Source: Trichoplax sp. H2 | Taxonomy: Eukaryota | Direction of reading: 5' to 3' | Assembly: GCA_003344405.1 (NCBI GenBank) | Contig: NOWV01000135.1 | Location: 124,001 to 188,000 of the forward strand | DNA length: 64,000 nucleotides | Shown here: positions 26,960 to 50,383 of the stretch, piece by piece | Layout of the letters: every line of letters starts with the position of its first letter | How positions within the stretch are numbered: position 1 is the stretch's first letter | Position numbers and translations under genes: made by a program | Notes under the pieces: model-generated | What the model saw: only the letters and a program-made list of their open reading frames with translations | Database searches by the model: none | What the model was told of the DNA's origin: nothing

Positions 26960-27625
26960 ATGTCTAAATAGCCCCATAAATGATCACTGTTGACGATTAT
27001 CACGTACGTCGAGTTGTACTTATAGAAGATGATGGGGAGTTCGAGGTATCCTGATTTAGGCTGTTTTTTATTTTAAATCTTGACTAAACACATGATCATA
27101 GAGACATAAAAATGAACTAAAATAGTATGATTCAATCATCATCATTACCATGCTCTCTGTCCTTAATACCTAAATGATCCCCTAAGTGATCAATCTTGAT
27201 GAGTATAATCACATATACGTGTAAATGTATGTCTTAAATTGAACCACTTAGATTCCGGCGTATTTTTCTTATTTCTTACTGTTAAGATATTTGAGAATAG
27301 GATAAAAGCAATATAGAATATACTAGAATAGCATAGTTTAATCATCACAGGCCACGATGTTTATACCTGATGGCTGAATGATCTTGCAAATGATCATGTA
27401 GGTAAGTATAAATAATCAAATATACCGGTACGTATAAGCATTGATATGTATTTTAAATTCATTGAATTTAAATTGAACCAACTTGATTCGGCATGCTTTT
27501 CTTGTTTCTTATTTTGACTTGAAAACAAAATAAAAAATAGTAACATAGAACAGCGGCTAGAATAGCTTCGTTTAATCATCAAAGAATATAATATTTATAC
27601 TTGACGGCTAAAATGATCCATAATG
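26960..27625. repeat. Degenerate tandem repeat, about 210-235 bp x 3, between TMC-B and TMC-C
   Basis: aatag...ttt/caatcatca at about 27121, 27326 and 27561; ttaaattgaacca..ttgattc.gc at about 27234 and 27469. Confidence 0.75.
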
Positions 27626-27911
27626 ATCTTACTGCGCTCTTGCATCGTTCATTCCATCAGTCAGTAGCTGTAATCATTGAAGAATTCTACTATTCTTGAA
27701 TGGAACGACCATCAAATGATTAGACTATTGATAGAAGAAATAATGATTCAATATTGATTGAAACTCTCTTGGTATTAGTGGCATTACTGTTATGTTCTTC
27801 AATAATAAGTTCACTCCGTGAGTAAGATTGATAACCACATTTTATTATTAGTTGATCGGTATTTATAGCTACACGAGGTTACACCTCGATACGATTACAG
27901 TTTATACTTCG

Positions 27912-28584
27912 CACTACAATTAGTAACTTATCATTCCGCCTTTTACAATGTTCTCACCTACTGTATTACAAGTACTACCATACAATCATCATATACGTAC
28001 ATATCTTCATTGAGCGGTCCGTTCCTAACCTAGTTTTAAATGAAATACTAGGCGATTTTTTGCCTTGTATCTACGTAGCAAGGACTTTTTATAAAGTGGA
28101 AAAAGAAACTAACTTATTTTTTCTACTTTATTGGATTGTTAGCTATCTACTNNNNNNNNNNNNNNNNNNNNCACTACAATTAGTAACTTATCAGTCCGCC
28201 TTTTACAATGTTCTCTCACCTACTGTATTACAAGTACTACCATACAATCATCATATACGTACATATATAGTGTTTCCTTTATTTATGCCTTTATGGTTAA
28301 GATATCGTATTTAATCTATTACTAACTATATATACAACAATTACTTTTCCTATCAGCGGGAAGGAGTTAAACTACGCTATAGAAACTTATCTATCTTGAT
28401 AAGAAACCTTAATTGAAGCCAATTTTTGTGGGCCTATCTTCATTGAACGGTCCGTTCCTAACCTAGTTTTAAATGAAATACTAGATGATTTTTTGCCTTG
28501 TATCTACGTAGCAAGGACTTTTTATAAAGTGGAAAAAGAAACTAACTTAATTTTTCTACTTTATTGGATTGTTAGCTATCTACT
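27912..28584. other. Assembly gap (20 N, 28152-28171) flanked by near-identical duplicated sequence
   Basis: 27912-28151 matches 28172-28584 except for a few substitutions, a 2-nt indel and a 171-bp segment (about 28267-28437) missing from the left copy. Confidence 0.9.
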
Positions 28585-28776
28585 GGGTAATAGATGACTA
28601 AGATCACCAAAATATCGTCAGTTCTCTACTTACCATTAAAATATGTAGATTGTAATTGTGATCCATTATTTTGAAAATTATAAATTAATGATCGTTACGA
28701 GTTACTTTTAAATTAATAAGTGTGGAATTTTCCTTCTCTCTCTAGCAGACTTGATTGAAAGGACATCTCCTACAAA

Positions 28777-31700
28777 ATGAGCTCATCTGTTCATCCACGG
28801 CGATCAGGAAAACGACAAAAAAGCACAGAAAGTCATCAGGAAATGATTGATATTGGTACGCGACTAGACAAACAGATGATTGCTATTAAAATCACGATGT
28901 ACCTTTATCGATCTAATGAATGATAGAATAATTTGTCGGTCAATATTCTCAGTCTATATATTGTTACAGCTTTATATATACAAGTATATAAATACTTTAA
29001 CAGTGAAACCATAACTCACGTTTTGAACTAGTGATCAAGACCAAACAGTTATAATGGAATAAAGATAATAAGAATATTTTACAGTTTATATCATTCGAAA
29101 TCTCCTTTAACATCAGTTTTTAATACTGAGGATGTCGATGATAATATCCATTTAATGGATAAAAGTATCGTTTACTATTTCTCAGCTTTGACAATATCTG
29201 ACGTTGCGATTGCCTCAACTTTGATTCATGAATACTAAAATCTTTCAATGTTGAACCATATAGAGACCCCGCGATCTTCAGTACCTGGCTCAGTAACTCA
29301 TGATGATGATATTCTCCTCAGTAAACCGACATCAAGGCACACAAATCTCCATACTGGTCACCAAAGTTCCATTATGGCACGGATGCCAAGCCAACAAGCA
29401 ATCCAATCTGCTCCAGGAGCCAATTTAACTCGAAAAGATTGTCATAGACGTTGGGTTCGATCTAGTCGATCAGGATTTCAATCCATACCTAACGATGAAA
29501 GGGAGGATCAAATTAATGATGTTGAGGATGAGGATTATAGTCATGAACATCACGAACATAGAGCCAAATTAATTAAGCAATACGCTTCCAATATGAAGAG
29601 AAAACGTGAAGAATATCAGTAAGATTTCTAGTTTTCTTATAGAACAAAATTCAGATCGAATTAAAATATTCTCCTTACTCTAGATCAATTTCTGACATAT
29701 ACAATTATATATATACAGTATCTCTCTCTCACCCCTTTTCGAGCTATTTTTAATTCAAGTATGTCATTATCAACTTGATTCAAACTTGCTAATGGGATCA
29801 TCTATCGATATTTAAGGAAATTACAAAAAGCTACAGCATTGAAATATGGAAATCAAGGTCATCGTGATAGAAAGCAAAAAGGGGTAAATTCTATAGATAT
29901 TGTAAATAGAGACTGTTACCTTGCTTGACTAACTTTATAAATAACTGGTGATAGAGCTGAAATGCCCTATAAGATTTCGGTAATAAGTTTGCTAGCTTTT
30001 AAGTAAATAGAAGTTAATTTTTCCCTCTCTTCCTATACAATGCAGATTTGGCAATCAGTAAAGCAAGGATTTCATGAAAACTTTAGCTTTAGCTTATGGA
30101 GATCACATTTAAAAGAAGTAGAAGGTAATATCGATCCTAGTTAGTCCATAACTGCTGCAATATGAATTATCATTTATATCAATATCTTTAGGCCAATTTG
30201 GCAATGGTGTTCTATCCTATTTCATCTTCCTACGATGGTTATTCTACCTTAATTTAATGCTAGGCTTAATGTGGTTTGGTTTTTTATGTGTGCCAGAAAT
30301 TCTACTTGCCCATCGAAACGTGGTCTCTTTTGATTATGCTACCTTTAATATTTCTCAATCCATTGCTAACACCACAACAGGGGCTAGCATTTACTGTAGT
30401 CCAGATTATATCGCTAATACAACATCAACAACCCATTTGTTTATTGTTATTATTAGTGGCAAGGTAGTCTAGCATTTATGAACTGCCATTTTAATCTTCG
30501 TTCATGTTTCTTTTATCCGTTTCAATTTGCTTTTCTCCTCTATTTTAGGGACAAATGGAATGCAGCCAGCTCTTTTATGGCAATTATACCGCTGATGTTG
30601 TTCATACACCAAATATACCCATCTATTATAGTATGCCATTTGTATATTTTGTGGTAACCCTCGTCCATTTTATATTAAGTCTTGTCCTAGTTGCTAGAAG
30701 GTAAAATTTAGGTAGAAAATTCACCTTATATTAATAGATAAATTGCATAAGTTTGTTAGTCTACATGAATTCGATTAGAAGTAATAGGTAGATCTGTAGT
30801 TTAAATCATTTCTATCGATTTCTGCGTTGCTGAATTTTGGTAGGAAAAAATGATTACTAGATTTTACTTTCAACCTAATTTTATCCAGTGCCTCCAATGC
30901 CTATCAGAAAAGCTATATTGAAGGCGGTAGTAGTGTCCATCAATTCTGTAATAAGCTATTTGGTGGTTGGGATTATTGTATTTGTGAGCAGCAAGCGGCA
31001 GAACTGAAAATGAAAAGCATTGCACATGATATGAAGGTAATTTAGAAGTGATATTAATGTTCATTTCTCTGGTTTATTTACGGCAGACGGTGTTAATGAT
31101 GATATTTTACGGCTTGTTATTTATCTATATTATTATTTACACGATAGTTACTCCGAGTGTAGCTTGTAAATTAGATCACTTTATTGTGTTACTTGTACTT
31201 ATTTCCTTCCACTAAGAGCACTGCATGCTATCATGATACGCGAATTCTACTAGCTATATTAAAGGCCATAATCTAGGCTATGCTATATCACATAGTAAAA
31301 ATCTTGCATAACCATATTTAGAGTAACAGAGCCTTTCCATATTAATATTAAATATTACATACTCATCTAATTACTTATTTTTACAATAATATACATGTCA
31401 TACAGTTTATAAATATAGTTCCTAACCATTAGATATTAATCTTAAATATTACTTTCTCATCTAATTTTACCTTACAATTATAGTTACTTATTTTTGACAA
31501 TACTGTACATATTATGTACCAGGCAATAATTTCCTTTTAATCTACCGTCAAATATTAATACTATGCAATTAAAATTATGCAAGCTAAATTAATTAAAAAG
31601 AAAGCGGAGCTACCTAACTTTCTTTTGTGGCTTCCTATTTATTCTTCTTCAGGTTGATTTAGCTGAAGAAATTCGAGCAATAGAGTCAAAGTTGAGGAAT

Positions 31701-34700
31701 AAAAAAGAGAAATGTACAATTTATCTCAAACGCATCCTTGTTAATCTCATCATCCTAGGCATATTAAGTGCAGCTGGTGCTGCTATTTACTATGCTGCTA
31801 AAGAGACCATCGATGTAAGCTATTTTCTCTCGTTGAATTCTAAAAATGGAAACCATAATTATCTACAACTAGTTAATCAATCTTTAATTTTCATTTTAAA
31901 TTGCGATCTTTTAAAATTTTCAATCAATTTTTAATCATGCTTTGCGATGTTTCTTCTCATCTCCAATAAAAATCCCTTTCTAATCCTTTTACTACTATTA
32001 TAATTACGTTATTATTCTTTAAGAGCCAAACAACTTTTGCCAGCTCTGCATTTTTGCAGCTACTAAGAAATTACACTGCTTCGCTCACTATTTCTGGTTT
32101 AAATATTATTTTACCGCCTATCTTCAGTATTCTCATTTTATATGAGAACTACAGTCCGAACTTTGAAGTCCAGTTAACACTTCTCAGGTATATTCCCCTT
32201 TCGACTGTAATAGTAGAAAATTTGAAAGTTTTCGATCTTACATTATATATTTGTATACGACTTATCTCGATGATGATATAATCACTTTGAAATAGGACTG
32301 TATTCCTCAAGTTGGCATCGATCATCTTCCTACTGGCTTCATTATTTACAGTTACTCGCAACGCAGCATCAGGTGGATCAGATACCATTTTAGTAAGTAA
32401 AATGTTATTAGATTTTTAACTAATGATGCAAATTGAGTATGACAGGAATAGCTTGTGATATAATAAGGCTTAAGCTATCGTGAATTCAATTCACGCTCAT
32501 CTCTAGTATCTGCTTACAATTTAAGTTAACGAATTATTCTCTAACATCGTTCTTCATTAGTGTTGGGAAACTTACGTTGGACAAGAATTATTTAAATTAG
32601 TCGTGGTTAATTTTTTTGTTGTTGTCTTTGCTACAATACTTGTAGAATTTCCTCAGAGGTATGTTTTGACACGTTTTTATCTAAGTACAGTAGATGTTTC
32701 GTTATTTGTAAGTATGAATAGTGTTATATATGTTTTGAACATGTTGGAAATTTCTTACAGATTTATAGCTGATAGGATCAGATCTCAAACGATATGTTGT
32801 ATTCCAATCTATCCGCCCGAATTTCAAATTCCTAAAAATGTTTTGGATTTAGTCTACGCACAAGTATTGTGTTGGTAAGTAACATCATTAATAATATCGC
32901 ATAAGGCGCTTGGTCTCTCCTTATCTATTTTCGATGAATTTAAAGGAAAGATTGATAAAAGTATTTAGTATTTTAAGATGTTCAATAAGACATCTTACAT
33001 GATAGTAAAATCTACACTGCTACCTTCTGCCTTAACCTTATAGCTTTGTACTTGAAGATATAGAAAACAAACAATCTATAATATAATCTATTGCAATATG
33101 GCTGTGCTACTATATATTTTATAGGGTGCTGCTAAATTTTTAGCGGCTTACTTATAGAATTCTGCTAACGTCTATTCCATATCAATCTTATATTATGTTT
33201 TATAAATAGGCTAGGTGCATTTTATTGCCCTATGGTTCCTCTGATGATTGTTGTCTCCCTAGTGGTCATCTTTTACGTCAAAAAGGTTAAAAGATGTAGT
33301 TTCAATAAATTTTTTCAACACCATTTCGTAATTAAGAATTTTGCAAATTTTATATCATGATAAACTTCATCTATAATCAAGTTATAGGTCGCTACTACAT
33401 GGTATTTAATCAATTATTCATTAAATTTATATGAGTAAAATTGAAGTAGAGTCTGATGTTAAATTACAAATTATATTATCATGATGGGCTTCATCAGTAA
33501 TTATGTTAAAGATTGTAATTGCACAATTTATTGACTCGTTTCTTGGAGCAAATAGACATCGAATCAGAAATTGAGTCCGACATTAATTTATCAAATTTTA
33601 TATCATCGAGAGAATAGATTTCTACTAAAAACAGAAAGAACCAAATATCATATCGTGTAGTGATACTAATACTATAATTTCTCACTTTTAGATCAGTTTA
33701 GTCTACAATAACCACCCGTCGCAACGTCCTTACCGTGCATCAAAATCAAATTCATTTTTTATGTTGCTTTTGATTATTTCCTATTTCCTAGCTGCAATAC
33801 CGGTTGGTTATGGCTGGACCAAGTTAGTAAATTTATTATTATCGACTCTTCATTCTTCTTATGACTATTAAATGTTAAATAATTGTAGTCAATGGAGTTA
33901 TTGGGCTTTAATATGATTACTGTAACTTAGCTTACTGATAAATGATTTCTTTTATTAGTTTAACTCCATCAAAGCAGTGTGGACCTTACAGGTATATTGG
34001 ATGGATTAGGATTAATAAAATATTAATGGTAACGCTAAATATGCCATCTAATTATATTAATAATTTCTTGTGTTTAATACAGGAGCCAGTCTACTGTTAT
34101 TGATGCGATAACGATAATCGTAAAAAAGAACTTACCTACTATTGCTTGGGATATTCTCAGTTTTATATTCTCTGCCGGATTTATTATACCTTTGATCCTG
34201 ATCATGAGGTAACGCGTGGTTATAATTCTTGTCATAATCAGCCATAGTCGCTCGATTGAAGAGTAAATTACACAGCTTACTTGGTTATTTTTTACTATAA
34301 AATACTTTACATGATTAATTACCACAAGGAGGATTATTATCTCCAGCATCTTTACCTACTCCTGTACTTTTATGGGATATTGTGACATGTGATTTTATTA
34401 TTTGGGATATAGTAGACTTGACGGTATACGAGTTTACTACCAAACTATTGCGTGCTTTTTGCTACTCTTCATTTCTATCCAAATTTCTTTCTTCATTCTA
34501 TTATTACAGAATAATTACAGCTTTTGTGGCTTTTACGCTACAATTACCTCCAATCGATATCATTACAACCATTTTAGTAGTTACTATAGCCAACTACTGA
34601 ATAAGTACGGGAAAATAATCATTGGTTAAAATATTCTCTATGGTCTTTATAATTTTTTCTAAATCGGCTACGTGTATCGTATAGCTAACAGCTGTAGCTA

Positions 34701-35370
34701 TTAGTATTGTAATATGATTTTAGGAATCAACCAGCTTTTGTAGCTTATCCGAATATAGAAGTAATTCTTTAGAGGTTAAAATGGTCTGTCTATTCTTCAT
34801 AATTTATCTAAATCAGTTGTATTTATGACATGGCTATCTAAGCATTTTTTCCAATCGAATATGCAATGATGTTATTTTTTTGCCAAACTGGAATATTTCT
34901 AGTACAAATTATTAAAATCTTTTTCTTAATTTGATGCCTACAAAGTAATTTTTATTATAGTTTTTAATACCTAGTATAACTTATTTGACTATACTAGTAT
35001 TTTAAAATTATGTACTCATTTATATCTATCGTCAATATACATTTATTTTTCTCTATAGTCTTATACTTTATTACTTTCGATCCTTGGCGAAGGCTCGTAT
35101 TATCAAAATTCAGTTACTGAAAGAACAACTAGTGATGGTGAGGATAGATTGATGGATATGCGTATAAATGTGCATCTAATTCAAATACATTTCACATTTT
35201 TCAATTTATGCTTAGCATGGACAATTTTAAGAAATCTTTTGTTTGCGTAATCTGTTAAAAAAAATTGTAAAAAATGACTTTCTGAAAAATAGGAGGGAAG
35301 AGATAAATCATTTCTGTTGGAACAAATCGGTCAGACAGAAGAAAGATTACAAAGACTAATAGAGAATTGA
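28777..35370 (+). CDS. Transmembrane channel-like protein 'TMC-C', tandem paralog of TMC-B, 18 coding exons, about 769 aa
   Basis: Exons 28777-28855, 29264-29618, 29817-29883, 30046-30124, 30192-30463, 30549-30700, 30889-31036, 31653-31814, 32024-32187, 32296-32392, 32561-32658, 32761-32874, 33210-33285, 33692-33822, 33959-33991, 34083-34208, 35059-35137, 35293-35370 join in frame with the same intron phases as TMC-B. Motifs: CWETYVGQELFKL, PEFQIPKNVLDLVYAQVLCW, EGRDKSFLLEQI. Confidence 0.95.
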
Positions 35371-37278
35371 TCGTTGTTGTATAGGTGGTATTTGGGTATC
35401 CTACGATCTTTCTTCATCTGATGGCTATAATATAATTATAATTACTTAAATACAATAACAATATCAGCACAGAGATCATAAAATCAATAACACGTGTACC
35501 AGCGACTATTTCATAGAATAATTATGCTTAAAGTCTATCAATATTTAAATAATTGACTAGGTATGACAGATTACGATACCGTATCTTTGTAAAAACTTCT
35601 TCTGCTTGTATATAATATATATATACATTCATTTATTAGCTGACTGTGGTCACTTTAAGCCTTCTTACCTTTTACAGTGTTTTACTATAGTACTATCGCA
35701 ATGATTGGTGATATTTGGTTGTTATCTGCATCAATTTGAAACTAGCTCTTAGCTTAGCAACATTTATGACATACGTATACATTCTATATGTCCGACGAAA
35801 AAAAACTTTAACAGTGAATTATAGCAACAAATTGTAAATACGTGATGTGCAAACTTTACTTACGGTAATTTATTAAATTTTAATTTGAACATTTTTGATA
35901 TTTATGTTTATCGTGATAGTGAATGTAATGCGGATTAAATCAAATTACGTACTCAATACATATCACCAAATAATGAGATTATCATTTATCATTTAGGCTT
36001 TACTTTTCATCTCTTACAATTCTTGAAATATTAAACTAAAGTTATCGTGATTATATTTCATGACTACTGTTTATCACTATAATATTGGTTATTTCGAATA
36101 AATTGTCAATAAAATAGGCTAAACCCATGCGCTGAATAACTAAATGGGAGAATATTGCTTCAATGTTGGAAAGTTAATTTCGCAGAAGAAAGATCGCATC
36201 ATTTCATCACATCGTAATATTAAACATGCAATAGGAGTAATCCTTAGCCTACGCTTACTTATGAAATGGTGAAAGTTATATATTGAATGATCCTATTAGT
36301 TAATTAAATGGAGAAATGAGAATATTAAGGCAGTAAAAACTTAGGGGTCAATTTCCTTTATTTTCACCAGATCAGTCAACCAATATTAGTTAATCTACTT
36401 ATTATTAAGTCAATCAAGGCAAAGGCGAACATTATTACCGCAAAAATTAATAAGCACTTACATTGACAAATCGATCAAATATATAGTGTTAATTAAATAG
36501 TTATTACAGCGTGTATGCAAATACGCGACCATTATACTTAAAAAGATCATATTTCATGCTTAAAAACATTCAGCCAGTTGCTTTGGAAGATCATATCTAC
36601 ATGCTAGCACAGTATGTAATGCCATAACGTTTATAGCTGTAAGACTACGTAGAAATTTTTGTGTAAGCACGTACGAACACTTTTCGTTGAAATGCCTATA
36701 CTTATACAGAAAACTGTTGATTATAATCAATATCATACTAGTGCACCGTGCGACATGATCTCAGGTTATTCTAGAAAGCCGGAATGCATAATACATAAAA
36801 TTTTAAGTCTGAAATCTACGAAATTTTCCTATCATTCTTCTCTATTTCAAACTAACATTAATAAAACATAGATGCATATTATGCGACGTCAAACTTAAAG
36901 AACCCATTAACAAGAATTTCTAATAAATTACAGGCTCAGAAAGGATACCAATTTTAGTGAATGCCAAATAATTTAAGTGTTTATCACCCACATGACACTA
37001 TCATCATTTGATACTCATATATTATAATTACATACCATTGATAGCTGCCATGATGTGAAACGCTTGAGTAATAATTTGAATTAATTATTATTATAATTGA
37101 TATAATTACATCGGAACATACATTGTCGTACTAGGGCAGACTTTAAATTTTAAAATTAAGGTAATAATAAGTAAATTACGCATAAAATTAGTTCGTGCGA
37201 AAGTATTGTGCAGTTATTACAAGCAATCGAAACTTGCTAGATCATATTTTCTATTTTTTCACATATTTATAGCGGTAT

Positions 37279-48850
<11,572 letters not shown>

Positions 48851-49029
48851 ATTTTCACCCCTAGAATGTCAATGGATCTCGCCTCCAAAGTATAGAATTG
48901 ATCAAAAGTTCACCCAAAGAGTTTTATTGATGATTTTTCGAAAAAAAAAAGTTAACGTAATTATAAGAGTTTATCAAGTAGAAAAATGGCAGAAAGTTGC
49001 AATAATATTAATAATATTTTTATTATTAT

Positions 49030-49230
49030 ACTGCACTACAGTACATTCATTCTTATTATCCTTCTACTGTACTGTACAGTACTGTACTGTACTGTACTGA
49101 CTGAATACAGTACAGTACTGCGGTCTATACTGTACAGTATACTGTACTGTACTGTACTGTACAGTGCATGTTCAGTACAGTGACTTTCGTGACGTCAATA
49201 CTGTAGTGTACAGTACAGTACAATACGCCA
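49030..49230. repeat. TACTG/CAGTA pentamer array upstream of the PKC start codon
   Basis: Runs such as tactgtactgtacagtactgtactgtactgtactg and tacagtacagtactg in both orientations, 180-380 bp upstream of the PKC ATG. Confidence 0.85.
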
Positions 49231-50212
49231 ACGCATAGCACTGTACAGCCGATCATGCACTGACGCTAGTTAGTGGACGTTTGTAGTTCGTGTTGCATCA
49301 TGCGGGACGATCTGGTACTACCATGTACAATACTATAGACTGTAAAATGTACAGTACTGGACGCCCATCTGGTACTACAATGTCGCCTACTGTGACGATA
49401 GCCAGCAGCCATACTAATCACCATTGGCCCGCCCTAGACAGAAATCGATTGTGAGTCATTTACTTTAAATGATTCCAGTACACGCCCGACCGACCTCCCG
49501 GACCGAACCTTTTCGTCCAGGTCTAGCCTGACATTATTGAGCAACATGGTAGTCCCCAAAATAGGTCTTCAGTCAGTGTAGCAGAGTCAATTGGAAATTT
49601 GACTACTGGAACTTTATGAGTCGTATACTAAATCATTGATAAAAAAACATGACAATATACACTTTCATTGCATAGACTACAGTAAAAATAAAATGGATTA
49701 ATTAAATTAACATCATCCATTTTTCTCTTCAATTCATTCATTAGGGTGATACAGTCTCATACGTCTAGCAGCATCCTTTCGCCTCTTGACGAATTGACAC
49801 AGCATAGTTACCCAATACTAATGTCAAGTTGCAAATAAGGAAGTAATCTGTTAGTACGCCACTGTTACAGACTATCTAAAAGCACCATTTCATCGATCTA
49901 CAGTGTATTCTTGAACGAGCCAACTAACAACGGCTGTTAAGCCTACAGTATACAGCAATACTACACTACGCTGTTCATACAGGTTACCTTGATCATCCTG
50001 TATGTACAAAATGATATATTTTGACTCCGCATATGACGATAGTATACTTCAATTGATAAAAAGATATCTCTATGTTTTGACTACGTTATCACCATTCGCT
50101 AATTGAGACTTAGTCAATCCCATCAAGGTGTACAAAAAACCTCTATGGTCATTCCACTATACTAAACTGGACATTATAGTACTGTATGTTATTCGTATTC
50201 AATTTGTTGATG

Positions 50213-50225
50213 GTTGCTTAGCAAC
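50213..50225. promoter_or_regulatory. RFX X-box (GTTGCTTAGCAAC) upstream of CFAP52
   Basis: Palindromic GTTGC-TTA-GCAAC about 160 bp upstream of the CFAP52 ATG. It fits the RFX consensus found at ciliary genes. Confidence 0.75.
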
Positions 50226-50383
50226 TAAATCCAAGCACATCAGATTGGGCTAGCGCTCCGTGCGGTGTACGGCGTATACTTATCAGCTATCCCTCAATTG
50301 AATTTCTGTGACAAACTATAGATAGAGTTTATTTGCGAAACATACTATAATTGATAACTCTACGCGCACTTCAAAGTTTCATC

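Noticed and set aside
48986-49183. ORFs rich in YCTV/TVLY (also 56921-57112 and 62284-62550)
   Set aside because: These are translations of the TACTG/CAGTA pentamer arrays, not proteins.
49740-50125. Possible small minus-strand gene between PKC and CFAP52 (MGLTKS..., DDQG|LTAVVSWLVQEYT)
   Set aside because: It needs introns of about 40-45 nt or poor donor sites, and the phases do not join consistently.
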